In this document: positions 18,818 to 26,770 of the stretch, in pieces
Layout: every line of letters begins with the position of its first letter
Numbering within the stretch: the first letter of the stretch is position 1
From: Vicinamibacterales bacterium
GTDB lineage: Bacteria; Acidobacteriota; Vicinamibacteria; Vicinamibacterales; UBA8438
Assembly (NCBI GenBank): GCA_963663815.1
Contig: OY760734.1
Length of the DNA stretch: 64,000 nt
Direction: 5' to 3' (one strand)
Translations under genes and position numbers: made by a program
Notes under the pieces: generated by a model
Seen by the model: the letters and a program-made list of their open reading frames with translations, nothing else
Told to the model about the DNA's origin: nothing
The model's database searches: none

Positions 18818-20551
18818 GTGGCGCCGCAGGGCCGGGTCCTCGTCGTGGTGGAATCGCCGGCGAAGTGCCGGACGATCCAGAAGTACCTCGGGCCGTCGTA
18901 CGTGGTGCAGGCGAGCCTCGGGCACGTGCGGGACCTGCCCGCGAAGGGGCAGCGCGGCGGTCCGTGGGAGGAGCTCCCCGGTCTCGATCCGGAGAACGGC
19001 TGGGCGGCGCGGTGGGAGGTCCTCGACGGGAAGCGCGACACGGTCGCGCGGTTGAAGAAGCTGGCCGGGCGCACGCGCGTCGTGGTGCTGGCGACGGACC
19101 AGGACCGCGAGGGCGAGGCCATCGCCTGGCATCTCTGCGAGCTTCTGGGCGGCAGGCGGGAACGGTTCCGGCGGGTGACCTTCAACGAGATCACGCGTTC
19201 GGCGATCGAGCGGGCGTTCGCGCGGCCGCGGCGCATCGACGGGCGTCTGGTCGACGCGCAGAACGCGCGGCGCTTCCTGGACCGGGTGGTGGGCTATCGG
19301 GTGAGCCCGCTCCTGGGGCGCCGGCTGGGCGCGGGGCTGTCGGCGGGGCGGGTGCAGTCTCCGGCGCTCCGGCTCGTGGTCGAGCGGGAGCGGGAGATCC
19401 AGGCGTTCAAGCCGCAGGCGTACTGGGAGGTGGTCGTGGCCGCGCGGTCAGCCGAGGGGGACCTGGTCGAGTTCGAGGTGGTCGACGGGGACACGTCGGC
19501 CGCGGCCGCGCGCGCGAGCGGCGACCGGGCGCTGCGGTTCTTGGAGGAGGCGGCGGCGTCGCGGGTGGTGGAGCGGGTCCGCGAGGCCGGCCGCGTGGTG
19601 GTCGGTTCCGTGCGGTCGGCCGAGGAGGTCCGGAAGCCGCCGGCGCCGTTCACGACGTCGACGCTGCAGCAGGCCGCGTCCGCCCGGTTGAAGCTCGGCG
19701 TCTCGGAGACGATGGAGGTGGCGCAGAAGCTGTACGAGGCGGGGCGGATCACCTACATGCGCACGGACTCGACGGCGTTGTCGGCCGAGGCGGTCGAGGC
19801 GCTGCGGGGCGAAATCGCGGCGAAGTGGGGCGAGGAGGCGCTGCCGCCAGGCCCGGTCGCGCATGCGTCGGCCGCGCAGGCGCAGGAGGCCCACGAGGCC
19901 ATCCGGCCGTCGGACGTGACGCGGTGCGTCGCCGGCGAGAGCGACATCGCAGAACGGGTCTACGACCTGATCCGTCGGCGGGCGCTCGCTTCCCAGATGA
20001 GCGACGTCGTGCTGCGCCGCACGCGCGTCGGTGCCGAGTCGGCGGGTGTCGGGCTCCGCGCGCGCGGGACCGTGGTGGCTCGCTCGGGGTGGTACGCGGC
20101 GTGGCCGCCGGACGAGGAGGAGGAACGGCTGCTGCCGCCGATCGGGGAGGGTGACGAGATGGTGGTCGAGACGGTGAGGTCGGTGCGGAAGCGCACGAAG
20201 GCCCCGAAGCACTTCACGGAGGCGTCGCTGGTGCGCGAGCTCGAGAAGCGGGGGATCGGCCGGCCGTCGACGTACGCGGCGACGCTGAAGACGCTGGCCC
20301 TCCGCGAGTACGTGGTCGCCCGTCGGCGCGATCTGCTGGCGACGGAGAAGGGGTGCTCGGTCGTGGACTGGCTCGGACGGGCGTTCCCGGAGTTGCTCGA
20401 CTACGGGTTCACGGCGCGCCTCGAGGAGCAGCTCGACCGGATAGCGGCGGGCGGCGCGGACTGGACGCGGCTGCTGGACGTCTTCGACAGCGAGCTGCGG
20501 AAGCGGCTGTCGGCCGCGCCGGGCGTGGCGGCCGAGGGGGTGCGGGCATGA
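18818..20551 (+). CDS. topA: Type IA DNA topoisomerase (TopA-like, no C-terminal Zn ribbons)
   Basis: VVVESPAK, SLGHVRDL, LATDQDREGEAIAWHL, SAGRVQS, AQKLYEAGRITYMRTDS, QEAHEAIRP, GIGRPSTYA. GTG start after the upstream stop. Confidence 0.95.
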   Translation: MAPQGRVLVVVESPAKCRTIQKYLGPSYVVQASLGHVRDLPAKGQRGGPWEELPGLDPENGWAARWEVLDGKRDTVARLKKLAGRTRVVVLATDQDREGEAIAWHLCELLGGRRERFRRVTFNEITRSAIERAFARPRRIDGRLVDAQNARRFLDRVVGYRVSPLLGRRLGAGLSAGRVQSPALRLVVEREREIQAFKPQAYWEVVVAARSAEGDLVEFEVVDGDTSAAAARASGDRALRFLEEAAASRVVERVREAGRVVVGSVRSAEEVRKPPAPFTTSTLQQAASARLKLGVSETMEVAQKLYEAGRITYMRTDSTALSAEAVEALRGEIAAKWGEEALPPGPVAHASAAQAQEAHEAIRPSDVTRCVAGESDIAERVYDLIRRRALASQMSDVVLRRTRVGAESAGVGLRARGTVVARSGWYAAWPPDEEEERLLPPIGEGDEMVVETVRSVRKRTKAPKHFTEASLVRELEKRGIGRPSTYAATLKTLALREYVVARRRDLLATEKGCSVVDWLGRAFPELLDYGFTARLEEQLDRIAAGGADWTRLLDVFDSELRKRLSAAPGVAAEGVRA

Positions 20552-21153
20552 CGGGCGGGGAGAAGGTCGTCGGTCGCATCGCGGTGTTCGTGGTGATGGG
20601 CGTCATCCTGTTCATGGGGGTGCGGTACGTGAGGTCGGAGGGAGCCTCGGCGCCCGAGCTGTTTGCCCGGGCAGCCGGTGTTCCCGCGGACCCGTGCGCG
20701 TTCGACGGCGTCGAGTGTCCGGACCTGCCGGACGGGAGACAGGCGTACGTCGGGGTCTTCGACGCGGCCGACGTCCAGGGCCGGTTCTCGGGGCTGTGGA
20801 TCGGCATGTCGTGCCTGCGGGGCGCCTGGGCCGTGGAGTTCGGGGCGGACGGGCTCGAGCGTGCGCTGCCGGGCCCGGTCGAGGTCTCCTGGGGCTGGTC
20901 GGGGATGGCGCCGGAGGACGCGCTGCTCGTGCAGTGGCGCCTCGAGGCGGGACGGGTGCTGACCGACCAGGGGCACCACGTCGTGAAGGAGCTCGCGGAG
21001 CGGTCGCTCTACGCGCGGGTGCTCGATGCGCTGGACGTGAACGTCTTCCTGGCGGAGATCGCATCACGGGAGGGTGAGGTGCTGGTGCAGGGCGTGTTCG
21101 ACCTGCGCCGCCTGCGGCGCTACGTGGCCACCGTGGGCGAGGTCTGCGTGTAG
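20548..21153 (+). CDS. Hypothetical N-terminally anchored protein
   Basis: ATGA overlap with topA, one N-terminal TM. Last gene of the co-oriented run. Confidence 0.55.
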   Translation: MTGGEKVVGRIAVFVVMGVILFMGVRYVRSEGASAPELFARAAGVPADPCAFDGVECPDLPDGRQAYVGVFDAADVQGRFSGLWIGMSCLRGAWAVEFGADGLERALPGPVEVSWGWSGMAPEDALLVQWRLEAGRVLTDQGHHVVKELAERSLYARVLDALDVNVFLAEIASREGEVLVQGVFDLRRLRRYVATVGEVCV

Positions 21154-21471
21154 CCGGACCGTTCGGAGGGATCTCCGGCGCGCCGTCGCGGCTCGGTGGT
21201 GGAGCGGGTATTGTCACGAAGGGAGCTGGACGAATCGTGAAACCATGATCACCGCAGTCGTAGCCGAAATCGCGATGGCGCGTGCGCCCGCGGCTGAGGC
21301 CCCGATCCCGACCGTCGGCAATTCCGAAGCGGTGCGGGGCGGAGACAGCGAGACCCAGGCACCAGAGTCACGGTGGGAGGCAGCGTTGTTGGCTTCGCCC
21401 TGTCCTGCGCGGACGTACTCCCGCTGGCAACCGTGTACCCGGGGCCGTTCCCGGCGCGGCACAACAGCGAA

Positions 21472-21553
21472 TGCGGCGAAGATGAACACCGAATCCGGGT
21501 TGTTGAACGCCCGATCGGCTGAAGTGAAGTTGAACACCGAACGCTCGTCGGCA
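21472..21553 (+). mobile_element. IS21-family end remnant (TGAACACC-type repeats)
   Basis: GTGAAGTTGAACACCGAA (21524-21541) and GAACGCTCGTCGG (21539-21551) are identical to 61578-61595 and 61608-61620 in the IS21 left end. Confidence 0.6.
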
Positions 21554-21584
21554 GCTTGGTTGCTTGACCGTCACCATCAGGCGG

Positions 21585-21865
21585 GTGTACAGCAGGCACG
21601 GTTGGGCGTGGAGTTGTCGCGGGCCGCGGTCGGCGTTTCGCCCTACGTGCAGGTGGGAAGCCGCTACGACGGCGGCGACGGGCAGACCGGGCCGGCCTCG
21701 AGCTGGTGGCGGGACTACGGGCCTCGACCACGCGGGTCGACCTGGAGGCGCGGGGCCGCTGGCTGTCGGTGCATTCCGCCGCCGGGTACGGAGAGTACGG
21801 CGCGATGGTCCGTCTGGCGGTGAAGTCGCGGCCCGACGGGACGGGGCTGCGCGCGTCGCTGCAAC
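21585..21865 (+). pseudogene. Autotransporter beta-domain C-terminal fragment
   Basis: RLGVELSR..SPYVQVGSRYDGGDGQTG / AGLELVAGLR..DLEARGRWL.VHSA.GYGEYG..DGTGLRASL, split by a frameshift at ~21690. Confidence 0.5.
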
Positions 21866-21940
21866 GGTACGGGGCGCGGGTCATCGTCGAGCGGTGGACC
21901 CTGCCGGGCGGCGAGGGGCTGTGTTGCTGCAGATCGGCGG

Positions 21941-22165
21941 CTACGTCTCGTTCTGAGCCGCTGCTCGCGCCGTGCCCGGGTCGCAGTGCTCGCACAGCAC
22001 GATCGGGCGGCCGGTCGACTGCGCGAATGACCGCGCGTCGTCGAAGGTCTCGAATCGGCGCCAGCTGTTCGTCGGGTGTCGCATCGACCTGCAGCGGGAG
22101 GTATGGATGACGACGCGGTCTTCAGTGCCGTGCAGACCGTCGTTCGGATTCACCCAGAAGGCCAA
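21941..22165 (-). CDS. Small Cys/His protein
   Basis: TTG start with GGAG/GAGG RBS. FWVN..VIHTSRC..CEHC is a possible metal-binding pattern. Confidence 0.42.
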   Translation of the reverse strand: MAFWVNPNDGLHGTEDRVVIHTSRCRSMRHPTNSWRRFETFDDARSFAQSTGRPIVLCEHCDPGTARAAAQNET

Positions 22166-22169
22166 CGCC

Positions 22170-22420
22170 TCACTCCCCCGACTGATTCGGCCATCCGCTC
22201 TGCTCGGCCTTCCCCCGGATGAACGCAACCTCGGCCCGGAGGCCCGCGATGTCGGCTCGGAGGCCTGCGACATCGGCAGACAGGTTGCCGAGCACGTCCT
22301 CCATCCGCTGATGGTCGGTGCGCAGCTGCTTGATGGACATGATCGCCCAGACGCCTACACCGACGATGATCACGGACAGCAGGAACAGTCCGAGCAACCC
22401 AGCCTCAGCACCTCGGTCAT
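22170..22420 (-). CDS. Small TM plus coiled-coil protein (possible frameshift near 5' end)
   Basis: LLGLFLLSVIIVGVGVW TM and LSADVAGLRADIAGLRAEV heptads. ATG at 22420 joins the frame if one G is added at 22398-22400. Confidence 0.45.
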
Positions 22421-22625
22421 CAGTCAGGCCCCCACGACGATGATACACCGGTCGCCGCCTGCGCACGAATCGTGCTATGCTCCCGCCCCGGTGGGTTTCT
22501 TCCTGGATTCCCGCCTCGAGGCGTGCGGCGGGGCGGTTCGCCCGGGCGCCTCACCTACGATCGGCCAGTGCCCGTCATGAGCCGGCGGTCCGCGGGCTGA
22601 TCCGAGCTCAACCAAGCCCAACCCC

Positions 22626-22880
22626 ATGACCGACACGGAAGCCCGCGTGCTCGCAGTGCTGAAGCTGTTCGCGACCCACACCGACCGCTCGGTTTCGACG
22701 GCCTCTCGGGTGGTGTTTGGCAGCGGCGACGTCCCGGCGCGCCTGCGCGACGGCAGCACGATCACCGTCCGCCGGGTGGACCAAGGCCTTCGGTACATGT
22801 CGGAGAACTGGCCCGAGGGCGTCCCGTGGCCGAGACATACGCCCCGACCACATTCACGCCGTCGGGGTGGCGATTCATGA
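22626..22880 (+). CDS. Prophage-type Cro-like small regulator
   Basis: RSVSTASRVVFGSGD..RLRDGSTITVRR....YMSENWPEGVPWP matches a recalled family of prophage Cro-like proteins. Extended -10 TGCTATGCT at 22473-22481. Confidence 0.55.
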   Translation: MTDTEARVLAVLKLFATHTDRSVSTASRVVFGSGDVPARLRDGSTITVRRVDQGLRYMSENWPEGVPWPRHTPRPHSRRRGGDS

Positions 22881-23170
22881 CCAGCCACGACCTCACAACG
22901 TGGGCGGTGTCAACGCAACGCCGTCGACCGGGCGACCTGCTGACGCGGGCAGACGTGTGCCACCTGCATGAGGATCGCGTCGACGCCGAGCGTTGCGGTG
23001 CCTTGCTCGAGGGCATCCCCGATCTCGTCCGGCTTGAGAACCAGTCCGAGCGGGTGTACCGTGTGCTGTGGTCGCTGTCGGAGGCGTCAGGCGGCGAGCT
23101 GCGGCGGGTTGCCCCGGCACCGGCCCAGACGCCGTTCAACACGCCGCGGCTGGCTCAGGAGGAAGGCTGA
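22877..23170 (+). CDS. Hypothetical protein coupled to the Cro-like gene
   Basis: ATGA overlap with the upstream stop. Confidence 0.4.
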   Translation: MTSHDLTTWAVSTQRRRPGDLLTRADVCHLHEDRVDAERCGALLEGIPDLVRLENQSERVYRVLWSLSEASGGELRRVAPAPAQTPFNTPRLAQEEG

Positions 23171-23526
23171 TTGCGCAACGGGCTCGGCTGTCGCCGTTCC
23201 TCTGGGCCCGGTCGCGCCGAGGGCTTGGTTCGGGTTCCGGGACGGGCGCGGGCAGGACGAGGCAGATCCGCGGCGGGTCGGTGACGGGGTCGGCACCCCG
23301 CGGGGCCCCCGGGATACCTCCGAGGCAGACCCGCAGAAACGCGAGTTCGTTGCTCTGGTAGTCTTTCCCCCACCACGGGCAGCCGCAATCCGGGCATCCC
23401 TGCTCCGACCGAAGCGGACGGTTCGGGTTCAGCGAAAGCAGCCCCACTGCACCCGTTCCGGGTGCAGTGCAACTCCACATGGTGGATTTCGTTCAGGCAG
23501 GCGAACTGGCGAGTTCTCGTGACCAA
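23136..23526 (-). pseudogene. Possible frameshifted small Cys-motif protein
   Basis: ELHCTRNGC in one frame and GCPDCGCPWW in the next frame, with the junction near 23435. Confidence 0.3.
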
Positions 23527-23552
23527 CCGCGGCGAATTGAACTACGGCGCCC

Positions 23553-24221
23553 TCAGTCACCGCCCCACCCGATGACGACGCGAGCGGACATCCGGGAGTA
23601 ACCGGCCACGTACGTGCGGTTCACCATGAAGAGCAGGTCGGCCGTCACGCGGACCGCGAGATCCCGGCGAATGCGCACGTCGAGCCCGAGACCGGGCTGC
23701 ATCATGAAGCCCTGCTCGCGCTGTTCACGGTACTCGGGGTACGGGACGTTGAGGCACGGCGACACCTTCACGCCGTCGGCGTAGCCTCCGCATCTGGCGT
23801 TCTCGGCATCGACATCGATGGAGTCGGGGTACTCGTAGTCCGTCCTCCACACCGCCTGAATCCCGCCCAACAGCACGTGGTAGAAGGGCGCGATGACGCC
23901 CTCCTGATCCCTGCTGCGGACGCCGGCGGCCAGCGTCAGGATCCTGCCGCTGTGTTGCTCCAGCCCGATCTCCTCCCAGAAGCGGTCACCGCCGAAGTAC
24001 CGCTCGTCGGTGGATCTGGCCCGGTGCCATGAGCCCTCGACGACGTAGTCCTGCCCGTCGATCTCGAAGCCGGTCGACACGATCCAGCCCCGAGAGATTG
24101 GCGTCTCCCTGTCCTGCACGCCGAACTGGGGCCCCATCGCGACCTCGAACCGGGTCTGGCCCTCGGACGGCGCCGCGGCGAGGGCGAGGGCCGTCACGAC
24201 GAGCGCTGTGCGCCTGATCAT
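23553..24221 (-). CDS. Exported outer-membrane beta-barrel-like protein
   Basis: Signal peptide, amphipathic beta strands (PFYHVLLGG, QPGLGLDVRI, RMSARVVIGW). Confidence 0.62.
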   Translation of the reverse strand: MIRRTALVVTALALAAAPSEGQTRFEVAMGPQFGVQDRETPISRGWIVSTGFEIDGQDYVVEGSWHRARSTDERYFGGDRFWEEIGLEQHSGRILTLAAGVRSRDQEGVIAPFYHVLLGGIQAVWRTDYEYPDSIDVDAENARCGGYADGVKVSPCLNVPYPEYREQREQGFMMQPGLGLDVRIRRDLAVRVTADLLFMVNRTYVAGYSRMSARVVIGWGGD

Positions 24222-24234
24222 GGTCTCGTCCCCC

Positions 24235-24885
24235 TCAGAACTCGATCGTCTTGCCGACCCGGACGCGGCTCGCCCCCACCTCGACGTCCAGCGGCGGCCC
24301 GTCGCGCCACAGCGCCCGGCCCACGGCCAGCCCGAGCGCCGCGAAGCCGGACCACATCATGTGGAGCCGGCTGAACGAGTCTCGCGTGCAGACGTAGTCG
24401 ACCCCGTCCCACGAAAGGCTGCTGTAGGACCAGTGGCCGGGGTCGGGGCACGTCGTGAGCCGCCGCCCATCGTTCGTGTCGACGTGCACGGTCTCACGCA
24501 CGTAGTTGTCGTCCCAGGCGGTCGCCAGCAGGAGGAAGCCGGCGCCGGCGGTGAAGATGCTGTCGACAGTCTTCGAGGGCTCCCACGCCCCGCCGGCCAT
24601 CAGGCCGCCGATCCACGCAACGGCCAGGCCGGCGGCCAGCTGTTCCCTGGGCAGCTCGGGCGGATTGGCGGTCAGGAATCCGCCCGCGGTCCGCCACTCG
24701 CACTGGCCGGCCACGAGGGTGGTCTGCGGATGGGCGTCGCAGTCCCGGTCCATGGCGGCGGCGTAGACACCGAGCGACGCCAGGCTGACCCCCGTGACGA
24801 CCTGCGTCTTCCGGCCCTGCGCCGAGGCTGCGCTCGCGGCGAGTCCGAGCACCGCGACGCCGACGGCGATCGTGCTGTGCATCAT
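24235..24885 (-). CDS. Exported membrane protein ending in a beta-strand with terminal Phe
   Basis: GAGGAGG RBS, signal peptide, Gly/Ala TM segments separated by Cys-pair loops, C-terminus VRVGKTIEF. Confidence 0.6.
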   Translation of the reverse strand: MMHSTIAVGVAVLGLAASAASAQGRKTQVVTGVSLASLGVYAAAMDRDCDAHPQTTLVAGQCEWRTAGGFLTANPPELPREQLAAGLAVAWIGGLMAGGAWEPSKTVDSIFTAGAGFLLLATAWDDNYVRETVHVDTNDGRRLTTCPDPGHWSYSSLSWDGVDYVCTRDSFSRLHMMWSGFAALGLAVGRALWRDGPPLDVEVGASRVRVGKTIEF

Positions 24886-25065
24886 GGTTCCTCCTCTGTC
24901 TGGGAGTGCGTGAACGCACCGGCGATGGTCTCACGGGAACCCGAGGTGTAGATGCGCGGCCTTGAGATGCGAGACGGCGACGGGTGGAGTCGTCTGCGCG
25001 CAGTATGGCTCTGGTGAGCCTCGCCGGTGCCGGATGGAATGGAGGTGAGGTGCGACGAGAAGGCG

Positions 25066-25452
25066 TCAGAAGCCGACGACGGCCCGCACTGCTCCGCCGC
25101 TGGGGCGCAGCTCGAAGGTGACGGCCGGCGAGGCGGGGATGTCGGAGAGCACGGTCATGAGGAGCAGGCCGGAGGCGAGTGCGGCCGCGCCGCCCCAGCC
25201 GATGACGTCGCAGCGAGGGCCCCCCGGCCCGCGGCAGTCCTTGTCCTCAAGGCGGTACCAGACCAGCCGGCCGCCCACCATGGCGAGACCCAGCCCGGTC
25301 ATCATCCGGTTGAAGGAGCGCTGGCGAGGCACCGGAGATTGCTGTGCCGTGAACTCGGCGGCGGCGGCCTTCGCCTGCTCAAGCACGTCCGCACCGGCGC
25401 CCGCGGCGAACAGGACCATCCAGAGCGCCGCCGCGAACGTGCATCTCAGCAT
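25066..25452 (-). CDS. Small exported membrane protein (paralog of 45750-46160)
   Basis: Signal peptide, two TMs around DKDCRGPGGPRC, C-terminus VRAVVGF. Extended -10 TGCTACCGT just upstream. Confidence 0.62.
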   Translation of the reverse strand: MLRCTFAAALWMVLFAAGAGADVLEQAKAAAAEFTAQQSPVPRQRSFNRMMTGLGLAMVGGRLVWYRLEDKDCRGPGGPRCDVIGWGGAAALASGLLLMTVLSDIPASPAVTFELRPSGGAVRAVVGF

Positions 25453-25582
25453 GACCTACGGTAGCATGGCCCGGGTCCACACGCGGCGGCAATCGGGTGC
25501 GGTGGCCATTCCGGTCACCGGCGAAACCACCGCGTCCTGCCGGCGACGGACGGCTTCTCGGAGCTGCTATCCTGGTTCCACC

Positions 25583-25747
25583 TCAGTGCGCCTGATGGCG
25601 GATCCGGGCCAGGTACTCGCGGTCGTCGGCCAGCGCCATTCCCGCGTCCCGGCGCGCCTCGATGGCGGCGATCTCGGCCATCCGCTCCATCGCGTCGGCG
25701 ATCCGGGTGAGCTGATTGGTGATTCTCGCGGCTGCCTCGTTGGTCAT
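25583..25747 (-). CDS. Small helical hypothetical protein
   Basis: GAGG RBS before ATG. LTRIADAMERMA amphipathic helix. Confidence 0.38.
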   Translation of the reverse strand: MTNEAAARITNQLTRIADAMERMAEIAAIEARRDAGMALADDREYLARIRHQAH

Positions 25748-26481
25748 CGGTTGTCCTCGCTCGCGCCACCGTGAGCAGGAGCCCGACTGGCTGCCGGGGG
25801 CCTGCTCAACTTCGCGAGCAGCCCGCAATTCGGCCATGCGCCGGCAGGTCCAACGGGTCTGCAGCCGGATCAGGATGGACAGCCCAACTCCCCGTCAGCC
25901 AGCACGCGAATGCGGCTGCGACAGCTACAGGTGGCACCAGATCCAGGGCGTTCTGACGGAACGTCTTTCGGGGAGAGGGAGCTTCATCATCGGAGTCTCC
26001 CGCGCCGTGTCGGACGGCCGACGCCGAAGGCCGCCCGGCTCCAGGTACCAGTGCCGGGAGCCGGTCCGGGTCTGGAGGGCGATGATACACCAAGAGTGTC
26101 GAACACCGCCCCAGACGTCAGTCCGAGACGGAGCGTACGCGCTTCCAGATCACCTTCATGCAGACGCCCGCGACCCCGGACAGGGGCACGGTCGCGTGCA
26201 TCCTTCCACACAGCATCCTGGCATCCACCGCCTTCATCTGCGGGCCGCCGGGAGGGACTCCACAGCGCCGACTTCGACTATTGCAGAGTGGTGGACCCGT
26301 TCCCCGACTTCCGGAAGCCCCCGTATTCAGTGCTCTGGAACGCCAGTCCACCGGCCCGGCGGCGTCCCGTTGACAGCCTAGCTGATGCCGGTGCGGGTGG
26401 AGCGGATGCGGCTCGTCACCGCGAACGCGAGGCGTCCGACCGCTGTGGTAGGAGAGCCTTCGGCCTGAAGAGCACGACGCC

Positions 26482-26669
26482 ATGTATTGCCACGTCAACG
26501 TGAAGACGGGCAGCCGCGGCACCGGCCAGTCGGCGGCGAAGTACGACTGCATCAGCGCGCCGGCAAGTACGAGGCGGCCTGCCAGGACGAGGTGGTGCAG
26601 CTCGAGTCGGGTTGCAGGCCGGCGTTCGCGTCGTCGGATCCGCGGTCGTACTGGGCGGCGGCCGACCTC
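26482..26669 (+). pseudogene. mobA: MOBQ (MobA/MobL) relaxase N-terminal remnant
   Basis: HVNVKTGSRGTGQSAAKYDCIS/RAGKY..DEVVQLESG..YWAAADL aligns by eye with the RSF1010 MobA N-terminus. It is frameshifted and truncated, and the catalytic DY is DC. Confidence 0.78.
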
Positions 26670-26701
26670 TCCCCGACTCGCCGGCTCGCCGCACGCCGAT
26701 A

Positions 26702-26767
26702 CCGGATCCCGGATCCCGGATGCCCCAGGATGCGGATGCCCCGATGGATGCCCGGATGCCCGGATGG
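26702..26767. repeat. Degenerate tandem ~8-bp repeats (CCCGGATG / CCCGGAT)
   Basis: Directly visible: ccggatcccggatcccggatgccccaggatgcggatgccccgatggatgcccggatgcccggatgg. Confidence 0.75.
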
Positions 26768-26770
26768 GGT

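Larger units (their letters stand above)
1..21153 (+). mobile_element. Conjugative element (ICE or plasmid-derived) transfer/backbone operon, 5' part outside window
   Basis: Co-oriented virB10, virB6, virB8, virD4, virB11 and topA genes, mostly joined by TGATG/ATGA/GTGA overlaps. Ends are not defined. Confidence 0.75.

Noticed and set aside
21900-25800. Integron-like cassette array of small co-oriented genes
   Set aside because: No repeated attC-like (RYYYAAC..GTTRRRY) palindromes between genes and no integron integrase seen.
25800-26400. Several overlapping ORFs (e.g. FDYCRVVDPFPDFRKPPY)
   Set aside because: No family recognised and no frame clearly preferred. Possibly a gene relic.
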